Below are positions 8,395-15,380 of a stretch of DNA of 44,441 nucleotides, one piece after another; within the stretch, counting starts at the first letter, position 1, and every line of letters starts with the position of its first letter. Source of the DNA: a virus. Lineage: Duplodnaviria; Caudoviricetes. The notes beneath the pieces are model-generated. The model had not been told where the DNA came from, did not search any database, and worked only from the letters and a program-made list of their open reading frames with translations. The translations under genes and the position numbers were made by a program. Location of the stretch: positions 1 to 44,441 of IMG/VR virus record IMGVR_UViG_3300040733_000128. One strand, 5' to 3'.

Positions 8395-8446
8395 ATGATA
8401 CGTAATTTAATTACAATATGTCAAGAAGAAAATGTAATTAAATTAA
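8395..8446 (-). promoter_or_regulatory. Lytic promoter with operator palindromes
   Basis: Minus-strand TTGACA(8424-8419)-18-TATCAT(8400-8395); palindrome GTAATT-T-AATTAC (8402-8414) in the spacer; near copy GTAATT-A-AATTAA (8434-8446). Confidence 0.75.
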
Positions 8447-8454
8447 TATAAATT

Positions 8455-8949
8455 ATGATAGGTAATAGAATCAAAGAGTTATACAAGGCATTGCAATTGA
8501 CCCAGTATCAGTTTGCCGATATTGTGGGCGTCAGCCACAGTGCAATATCTCAGATTCAATCGGGAAAAAACAAGCCCTCGAAAAGATTGCTGATTGCGAT
8601 ATATGCAAAATTTCCGAGGATAAATCCTGCATGGCTCGAATCCGGCAAAGGAGAAATGTTCATTAAAGATGAATTCCCGGAGGTGGTTAGAGAAAAGGCG
8701 CCGCGGTACGGGATCCCTGAGAACTGCCCGGCCGATCCGGTGTGCCAACAGATCTGTATATACTGCATGGGTCTCCCGCCCGATGACAGGAAAACAACGC
8801 TCTCGCTTCTTGAGATCCTCACTTCCGGGAGGGAGAGCACGAAAAGTGCGATCCGCCAGAACATCAGTGAATTCCACGAACTCATTAAACGCAGCGACCA
8901 GGAGACCGACTTTAAGACTCTGGAAAGGAAAAGGTCGGGGGGCAAATAA
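8455..8949 (+). CDS. XRE-family HTH repressor (CI-like) without S24 domain
   Basis: LTQYQFADIVGVSHSAISQIQSGKNKPS..INPAWLESGKGEMF; divergent from the early operon. Confidence 0.88.
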   Translation: MIGNRIKELYKALQLTQYQFADIVGVSHSAISQIQSGKNKPSKRLLIAIYAKFPRINPAWLESGKGEMFIKDEFPEVVREKAPRYGIPENCPADPVCQQICIYCMGLPPDDRKTTLSLLEILTSGRESTKSAIRQNISEFHELIKRSDQETDFKTLERKRSGGK

Positions 8950-9057
8950 GGTTTACATTGTTCCAGGGGGCGGGCAAACAAAAAATAATGTACAAAAAAC
9001 CGGTGTTTTTTTTGGTTGTAAATAGCCCCATAGATGATATAGTTCCTAAAGAATATC

Positions 9058-9843
9058 ATGGAAAAAGAATCATCTAACTTAATCGAGTTTTATTCTGGAT
9101 TCTCCTGGGCGGTACCAGCAGCCTTTAAGGATGCACTAAGAAATTGTCATTTCGAACTCGGGGACACATTCTATGACACCCCTAAAGCCTATTGTCTGAG
9201 AGGCGAGACCTGGGGTGAAGTAATTCAATATGTGAATCATAGTATCCAGGTGATATTCCCGACGACCTGTGCATCGCCAGCCTATACGTCCGAGGATGAT
9301 GATAATATATTTATAACCAATTGGAAAACATCTATAAAACTTGAGTACACAAATCATCGCACCGGTAAAATTGAATTAATTAACACCACAAAAGGCCGTT
9401 TATATAATCTGTTATGGAAGGGAGATCTATCAACGCTTGATGTTAATTCTTCAAAACCCCGGCCTCCTTTAATGCTTAGTGCGGCTTCCGGGTATTTAAA
9501 ATTAGCAAAAGATGATAATTTTATACGTAATAAATTCCCCAATCGAACTGTATTTATTATGGCGTTTGATCCCACCAATCCGGTTATTTTTAAAAAATTG
9601 ACAATCCTTAAAATTATTCTGGCTAAAACAAAAACGATCGAGCATGTGAGTATTCAACCGCAAAACATATGTCCGTTTTTAAAAGAAACTCTGTGCCCCA
9701 CGATAAGCCTTGAATGTTTTATAGCGCAACCGAATATGCTTGATAAAATGTATGAAGATTTAAAAACTTCTTTTTATCAAGGAGATAATAAAAAAGTCAG
9801 TGGGTTCCAGGCCAATAGGCATGGGTTGTTATTACGAACGTAA
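9058..9843 (+). CDS. AT-rich accessory (moron) protein of unknown function
   Basis: 261-aa ORF, low GC, same strand as the repressor. Confidence 0.75.
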   Translation: MEKESSNLIEFYSGFSWAVPAAFKDALRNCHFELGDTFYDTPKAYCLRGETWGEVIQYVNHSIQVIFPTTCASPAYTSEDDDNIFITNWKTSIKLEYTNHRTGKIELINTTKGRLYNLLWKGDLSTLDVNSSKPRPPLMLSAASGYLKLAKDDNFIRNKFPNRTVFIMAFDPTNPVIFKKLTILKIILAKTKTIEHVSIQPQNICPFLKETLCPTISLECFIAQPNMLDKMYEDLKTSFYQGDNKKVSGFQANRHGLLLRT

Positions 9844-9899
9844 AGGGAGGATCGATAATCATAGAGAAAATGGAATAAAAAATATCCGGGAGATAAAAG

Positions 9900-10622
9900 A
9901 TGAAGACCTATTTCATTAAAAACTCGCGGTCATCGGGTCTTGATGAACATGGCCAGCCTGTCAATCGCAATTTTAACAGGGCGCGGTTAACAGACCGGAA
10001 TATCGATGAATTGATCGGCATCTGCAAAGGCATCGTTGTCGACCAGATGGTCACCACAGAAGAAGCCTCCTTTTTAACACAATGGCTGAAAATAAATGAA
10101 AATGTGATTGATGAATGGCCTGCAAACATCATAGCGGCTCGCATAGAGGAGATGCTCATTGATACTGTGATCGACGAAAAAGAAAGAAAAGAACTGTTTG
10201 ATCTACTCCAGGAATTCACTGGTGAGAAAGAAGCAAAAAAGGTTTGCGATAACTATTCGACATCCCTCCCGTTTGATCGGCCATTCCCGGAGCTTGTATT
10301 CCCGAACAACATATTTTGTTTGACAGGAAAATTTTGTTTCGGTGCAAGGGGTATCTGCGAATCGGAAATAATGAAAAGGGAAGGGCTTATACAATCAAAT
10401 CCAACTTTAAAAACAAATTATCTTGTCATTGGTATCCTAGGGAGCAGCGACTGGATCCATACAACTCATGGGCGCAAAATTGAAAAAGCGGTCGAATATA
10501 GGGAGAAAGGCCGCCCGATCAAGATTATCCCAGAGGAGCACTGGGCGAATGCACTGATTAAAGATATTTTAAAAAAGAATAAGAGCTTTTTAGATTCGAT
10601 AGACAAGATAGATAAGCAATAA
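9900..10622 (+). CDS. BRCT-domain protein (moron)
   Basis: FCLTGKF..G.R..KTNYLVIG..HGRKIEKAVEY..IIPEEHW; helical N-terminal domain. Confidence 0.85.
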   Translation: MKTYFIKNSRSSGLDEHGQPVNRNFNRARLTDRNIDELIGICKGIVVDQMVTTEEASFLTQWLKINENVIDEWPANIIAARIEEMLIDTVIDEKERKELFDLLQEFTGEKEAKKVCDNYSTSLPFDRPFPELVFPNNIFCLTGKFCFGARGICESEIMKREGLIQSNPTLKTNYLVIGILGSSDWIHTTHGRKIEKAVEYREKGRPIKIIPEEHWANALIKDILKKNKSFLDSIDKIDKQ

Positions 10623-10640
10623 TTTCCCTCCCCATGCAAT

Positions 10641-10672
10641 AAAAACCCCGGGGATTTTTGACGTTTCCGGGG
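10641..10672 (-). terminator. Intrinsic terminator ending the late operon
   Basis: CCCCGGAAA...TCCCCGGGG followed by TTTTT on the minus strand, between convergent genes. Confidence 0.6.
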
Positions 10673-10737
10673 AGAAGAGCTACATAACCCTCATGGTGCC
10701 GGAAGTCCCCGCAGAACGCAAATTCGAAAGGTATGTT

Positions 10738-11376
10738 TTACGACCTGGAGGCCCTGCCCATATAGAACGCCAGATTGTGCATAAAATTTTTCTTGAACTT
10801 TTCGAGCATGGCTTTCTTTACGCCGGCGCGGATCTCTTTCGTCTGCATGATTCCGCCAACTTCAGGACCGAATTTCTCGACAATGGGGGTGCGGGATTTT
10901 CCTTCCCGCTCATATATACCGAGATGTCCGGATGGCATAACTGCAAGGAATGGCTTTTGACCGAATTTAGTGCCCACTTGCTTACGACCGGATGCTTTTT
11001 TAACCCGAACCGTAACAGCTCCCGGACGGCCTCTCCCGCGCACAAGGTATTTTTCTTTGGAATCCTTTGGCCCGGCACGGAGGACCTTGAATCCTTGTTG
11101 CCTTGCGTCAAAATATGTAAGGGCGAGACCCCTGCCTATGCCTGTAATTATCGTATAGAGTGCGGCAGTGGTGGCCTTGAATGTCACCGACAGTTTATCC
11201 CTCACCCGCGCCTGTTTAATATTGTACGTTTTGGTGATCTCTTTCGCTGCCCACGATCGGCCGACGCTGGCTGCTTCGTTCAGGGTACGGGCGGTCGCCT
11301 TCTTTGCCGCCTCGGGCCCGGCTCGCAGCTTCTTTATGATCGCATCGAGCCCTCTTATTTCAACGTTGAAATCCAT
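10738..11376 (-). CDS. gpZ-like minor tail protein, paralog 1
   Basis: Basic protein with ARTLNEAA..EITKTYNIK..FLAVMPSGHLGIYER..R.PI..FGP. Confidence 0.75.
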   Translation of the reverse strand: MDFNVEIRGLDAIIKKLRAGPEAAKKATARTLNEAASVGRSWAAKEITKTYNIKQARVRDKLSVTFKATTAALYTIITGIGRGLALTYFDARQQGFKVLRAGPKDSKEKYLVRGRGRPGAVTVRVKKASGRKQVGTKFGQKPFLAVMPSGHLGIYEREGKSRTPIVEKFGPEVGGIMQTKEIRAGVKKAMLEKFKKNFMHNLAFYMGRASRS

Positions 11377-11399
11377 GATAAAACCCTCCTATTTTATAT

Positions 11400-12437
11400 T
11401 TATACTGATATATCCAGTAATTCTGCTATGTCCTGTGTAATAACGCGCTTTCTGAGCCTCCACGTATCCGCATGTTTTGCGTGCCCCAGCCAGCTCATTA
11501 CAATGGCGCGCAGGTCCTCGATGTGTATGCGGCCTTCAGCATAGCCTTTCATCATTGCCTTTATTTTTCTCTTCATCCTCTTGACATTTCTCTTGCGCAG
11601 CAACCTGTGATCGGGCCATATCCGGTATCCCAAAAAGTCTATGGCCCTTTGTTTCACCGGGAATATCTGCGTCTTCCTGTTCAACGATAGCTTGAGCTTC
11701 TCTCTGAGAAACATGGCGATTTTGTCCAGCAGGTCGTGGAGATAGGATTTTCGCGGGTCAAGGATGATAAAATCATCCATATACCGCACGTAATACCGGA
11801 CACCCAGGCCGTCCTTCATGTAATGATCCAGTTCGTTGAGGTAGATATTTGCAAAGAGCTGGCTTGTCAGATTGCCTATGGGGATGCCCTTTTGTGCTCC
11901 TGTGCTGTCAATGATCTCCGAGATGAGCCAGAGCGTGTCCCGGCAGGAGATCTTTTTGCGGATGATCTGTTTGAGGGTCTCGTGGTCAATCGACGGGAAA
12001 TACTTGCTTATATCGCATTTGAGGCAATAGGCCGGCGGGCATTCCCGCGTTACCGCCCTCAGGAACTGTGTTGTCCTCTTCACACCGGAGAGGACGCCTT
12101 TGCCGATCCTGCAGGCGTAGCTGTCATGAATGAACACCCTCTCAAAGACAGGCTCTATAATATTACACAGGGCGTGATGGACAACCCTGTCGGCAAAAGG
12201 AAGAGCCGCGACCTGCCGCATCTTTGGCTCCTGAACGGTAAAATGTTTGTATGCCCCTGTCTTGTAGGTTTTGGTCATCAGGCGCTTTTGCAGACAGGCC
12301 AGGTTGCCCCCGAGATCCGCTGTAAAGGCGAGCACGTCACCGTGGTAACGCTTGTTCCTGCGCGCCAGGAGATAGGCCCGGTAGATGTTCTCATAATCGC
12401 ATATCCTCTCAAACAGGTAGTTATAAGTCCTTGCCAT
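11400..12437 (-). CDS. DGR reverse transcriptase
   Basis: GIPIGNLTSQ (DGR-type SQ motif), YVRYMDD, IDFLGY, DRVVHHA; adjacent to TR and avd; frame is open back to ATG 12710. Confidence 0.96.
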   Translation of the reverse strand: MARTYNYLFERICDYENIYRAYLLARRNKRYHGDVLAFTADLGGNLACLQKRLMTKTYKTGAYKHFTVQEPKMRQVAALPFADRVVHHALCNIIEPVFERVFIHDSYACRIGKGVLSGVKRTTQFLRAVTRECPPAYCLKCDISKYFPSIDHETLKQIIRKKISCRDTLWLISEIIDSTGAQKGIPIGNLTSQLFANIYLNELDHYMKDGLGVRYYVRYMDDFIILDPRKSYLHDLLDKIAMFLREKLKLSLNRKTQIFPVKQRAIDFLGYRIWPDHRLLRKRNVKRMKRKIKAMMKGYAEGRIHIEDLRAIVMSWLGHAKHADTWRLRKRVITQDIAELLDISV

Positions 12438-12582
12438 CTTATTGTGGACGCGCCCCCTCAGATCGTTCCCTCCGGCGCGCGTCCCCCGTTTTTGTATTTC
12501 ACCTTGCGGTGAGGGCCATGGTTCCAAAGCGACGCGCACTGCGCAGGGAAATCCCTTCCTTGCGTCCGGCGGTTGTGATTGT
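12438..12582 (-). ncRNA. Structured DGR spacer 3' of TR
   Basis: Hairpins TCACC-GCAA-GGTGA (GNRA loop) and GGACGCGC...GCGCGTCC. Confidence 0.55.
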
Positions 12583-12699
12583 GCTTTGCAGGCGCGAAAC
12601 CCGATGTTGTAGTTCGCATTCGACGGCGCGTTGTTCAGGTTCAGATAGAACACCCCCGCGAGCGCAGCATTGTTGAAGTTGCCGCCGCGGATCGCAGCC
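12583..12699 (-). repeat. DGR template repeat (TR)
   Basis: 117-bp ungapped match to 13088-13204 with 13 mismatches, 12 at TR adenines; nine AAY codons. Confidence 0.96.
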
Positions 12700-12714
12700 A
12701 AAACAACCATGCCC

Positions 12715-13056
12715 CTATGTCAACGCTTTGAGCCATCCGCCAAGGAGCTTCCCGATCTCGTCTATCTTTTCACTGAGGAGCCCGAACCTGGCCGGGCTGA
12801 TCATCTTGAGGTCCATGGCGAGCCGGATCAGCATGCGCAGCTTCTCCAGCTCGATATCGATCTCGAAAAGTTTCCCCTTTTTCTGCTTCAGCTTGTTGGC
12901 GTGGACAATCAATTTCCCGATGTCCAGCATCATGTTCTCTATCTGCTGGCCCAATACATACCTTTGGTTCTTCGGAAACCTGCCTATGATCGGGAAGCTG
13001 TAAAGCATCAGGTCATAATGCTTTTGGAATATTATCAGGTTCTTCATGTCCGACAT
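12715..13056 (-). CDS. avd: DGR accessory variability determinant
   Basis: 113-aa four-helix-bundle pattern LIIFQK.YDL..FPK.QRYVLG..I..IDIELEKLR..EIGKLLGGW; located between VR and TR. Confidence 0.93.
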   Translation of the reverse strand: MSDMKNLIIFQKHYDLMLYSFPIIGRFPKNQRYVLGQQIENMMLDIGKLIVHANKLKQKKGKLFEIDIELEKLRMLIRLAMDLKMISPARFGLLSEKIDEIGKLLGGWLKALT

Positions 13057-13080
13057 AAGACAGGTCTCCAGAAAACCAGA

Positions 13081-14211
13081 TTACAGAGCTTTGCAGGCGC
13101 GAAACCCGATGTAGTAGCCCGCATGCGACGGCGCGTAGTTCAGGGACAGATAGAACACCCCCGCGCGCGCAGCACTGCCGAAGTCGCCGCCGCGGAGCGC
13201 AGCCCGCACGGCCGCCTTATCAAAATAGTATCCGTCATTCCCGTATGCAGCCGCACCGGTCGCATCGGCAGTGGCGGGCAGCGCGAAGGGCTTCAGGTCG
13301 GCGTCGCTGTTCCTGAGCGTGAGGATCTTGTGCCCCGATGTCATGCCGGAGGTAATGTCCGTACTGATGTGCTTGACGATGATGAACGTAGCCGCTCCAT
13401 CCCCGGGTGCATCCCCGTTCGACAGAACAATCGTCGTAGCGGTGGTGTCTGTGATCGTGTAGAATGCCCCCGCCCCGGACGCTGCTTCCGCTATATAGAC
13501 CTGCATGCCGTTGAATTCATCTACCGTCCACGCCTTGAGCCAGTTGATACCGCTGCCATCAACGGTGAGCGTGGGCGCTGCGCCGCCGGAGCCGCTGATC
13601 GTCCCTCTCCCGTAGGGAGACTTGGCGTATGACACGTCGAGAGAGCCGGGGACGTCCACGTGGCCGTCGGTCTGCATGAACAGGCCCATATTCCACTGGT
13701 ATACCAGGCCCTGGAGGTCGAAGACCCCCGATGCGAGATGGTTATGCGCCCAGGTGTTGGGCCCTGTGCCGGGCAGGGCGCGATGATAAGATCCGTTTTC
13801 CCCGTGCAGATGTTCGTCCAGGAGCGCGATCTCCGTGGTGTAGGTCACATCGGCTGGAGGGTCCGTATTTGCATTCCCGCCATGCGGCTGCGTGCCGAGC
13901 ATCTTTGCGAGGAAGGCCAGCGACGCCCACTCGAACGGGGTCATGAGGTGCCATCCCTTCCCCTTGTTTGCGCAGGCAATCATGGCCTGGGGCAGCGTGA
14001 TATAATCCCATACCGGCACTCCGGGCCGGGAAATGGCCGGGACCGCTCCGGCGGCGCCGCTGTGTGCGACATCAGGGCTGCCCTGGTCCGGCCGGGCGTT
14101 CGGCTGCGAGCATATGTATTTATCGCATGCAAACCCGCCGAACGTGACGCCGGAAACCTCGGCGGCGTAGGTAAACTTCGGAATGATGACCTGGTGATTT
14201 GTGTGGTTCAT
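13081..14211 (-). CDS. DGR target: Mtd-like C-type-lectin/FGE-fold receptor-binding protein
   Basis: DKY, GWHLMTPFEW, GTGP.TW.H, GVFDLQGLVYQW, and C-terminal RGG...GFR containing VR. Confidence 0.92.
   Translation of the reverse strand: MNHTNHQVIIPKFTYAAEVSGVTFGGFACDKYICSQPNARPDQGSPDVAHSGAAGAVPAISRPGVPVWDYITLPQAMIACANKGKGWHLMTPFEWASLAFLAKMLGTQPHGGNANTDPPADVTYTTEIALLDEHLHGENGSYHRALPGTGPNTWAHNHLASGVFDLQGLVYQWNMGLFMQTDGHVDVPGSLDVSYAKSPYGRGTISGSGGAAPTLTVDGSGINWLKAWTVDEFNGMQVYIAEAASGAGAFYTITDTTATTIVLSNGDAPGDGAATFIIVKHISTDITSGMTSGHKILTLRNSDADLKPFALPATADATGAAAYGNDGYYFDKAAVRAALRGGDFGSAARAGVFYLSLNYAPSHAGYYIGFRACKAL
13088..13204 (-). repeat. DGR variable repeat (VR)
   Basis: Encodes AALRGGDFGSAARAGVFYLSLNYAPSHAGYYIGFRACKA versus TR AAIRGGNFNNAALAGVFYLNLNNAPSNANYNIGFRACKA. 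Confidence 0.96.
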
Positions 14212-14531
14212 ATTGCCTCCTCTTCCGGGGTCAGTTCGAGATCACCGTTGACCCGGAACGTTTTGAAATCGTCTATCGTGCGGCCGCCTGTATACGCCAT
14301 GTCCCCGGCGTCAGAAAGCCACGTGATGCCGAGGGCCTCCGCCTGGGACCGAAGCTCTCCCATGTCGGTACAGGTTATCCGGCAGGCGCATCCCCAGTAG
14401 GCGTAGTTGTCCGGTCCGATGCTGCAATCGTAGCCGCTATGGATCTCAGGGCTGAGATCCCCGGCGGCCGCCATCAATTCCTCGAACTTGTTCACTGCGC
14501 CGGGCAGCATGCCCGTAAATTCTTTTCTCAT
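14208..14531 (-). CDS. Hypothetical protein (possible fibre adaptor/chaperone)
   Basis: RBS AGGAGG; ATGA overlap with the DGR target gene. Confidence 0.7.
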   Translation of the reverse strand: MRKEFTGMLPGAVNKFEELMAAAGDLSPEIHSGYDCSIGPDNYAYWGCACRITCTDMGELRSQAEALGITWLSDAGDMAYTGGRTIDDFKTFRVNGDLELTPEEEAI

Positions 14532-14540
14532 GATATCCTC

Positions 14541-15365
14541 CTATGGTGTGTAGTCGATGAGCTCTATCGTTTCCCGGGCCGTCTGCATCAGGTCGCTCAG
14601 GATCATCCCCGATGCCGACGACACGCCGCCGGACACCACCCCGTTAACGACCGGCGAGGTGAGTGTCTTGTTCGACAGCGTCTGTGTCTTCGTCGTCGTC
14701 ACCTCATCGCCGTAAGCGCTATACCAGATCAGCTCCTTGACGTTCTCCGCCTCTTTGCCGGATGTTGCGATGCATTCCCCGCCGCCGGTTATATCAAGAT
14801 ATGACTCTGTTTTATCGGCGTTGGTGATCTTAAACCTCTTCGAGGCACTCAATTTAAAAACGACATCAGTATTATCAACAGCGACTTCGGAGCCGTTGTT
14901 ATATACATCGTCCATCGATTGGGACCCACTTCCCGGGTCAGGCCAGGTCGAGCGGGCGATACCCCCGAGAGTGATCTGATCAAAATAGCCATGCAACCAT
15001 TTTCTGATAGCTGACCCCAGGGAGTACGTCGATGTAGCCTTCGGGATGATATTTTCCGTTTCAACCTGCCCGGAGAGAGATGATACCTCAAGAGTCGATG
15101 CAAAGATGGCTCCGAACCTGCCTGTCCATCGTTTGATTGCAGACCCCAGCGTACGGGTATTGTCGCCGTCGGGGATAAGATCCGATTCGATACTGTCGAT
15201 TGCAACACGGGCGAGCCATCCCTTATACCACTTTTTTATGGATGATCCGAGAGACCGCGCCCCATCCGTATCAGGAATGATATCCCCAGTGATGGAATTC
15301 GACCCATCACGCTTTACATACCGTACATCATATAATGCATATAACGCGTCGGGGAATACTGACAT
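14541..15365 (-). CDS. Short tail fibre-like protein
   Basis: Three (I/L)IP-x6-LGS-x-I-x2-W repeats and QTLSNKTLTSP; RBS AAGGAGGT. Confidence 0.7.
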   Translation of the reverse strand: MSVFPDALYALYDVRYVKRDGSNSITGDIIPDTDGARSLGSSIKKWYKGWLARVAIDSIESDLIPDGDNTRTLGSAIKRWTGRFGAIFASTLEVSSLSGQVETENIIPKATSTYSLGSAIRKWLHGYFDQITLGGIARSTWPDPGSGSQSMDDVYNNGSEVAVDNTDVVFKLSASKRFKITNADKTESYLDITGGGECIATSGKEAENVKELIWYSAYGDEVTTTKTQTLSNKTLTSPVVNGVVSGGVSSASGMILSDLMQTARETIELIDYTP

Positions 15366-15380
15366 ATTCGCCACCTCCTT

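Larger units (their letters stand above)
11400..14211 (-). mobile_element. Diversity-generating retroelement cassette (target/VR - avd - TR - RT)
   Basis: All four components in BPP-1-like order; adenine-specific TR/VR mismatches. Confidence 0.96.

Noticed and set aside
8221-8451. Plus-strand 76-aa ORF as cro or another regulator
   Set aside because: No HTH, and it overlaps promoter and operator elements.
11400-12437. Group II intron or retron RT
   Set aside because: The SQ motif, avd and an adenine-specific TR/VR pair identify a DGR; no maturase/endonuclease extension.
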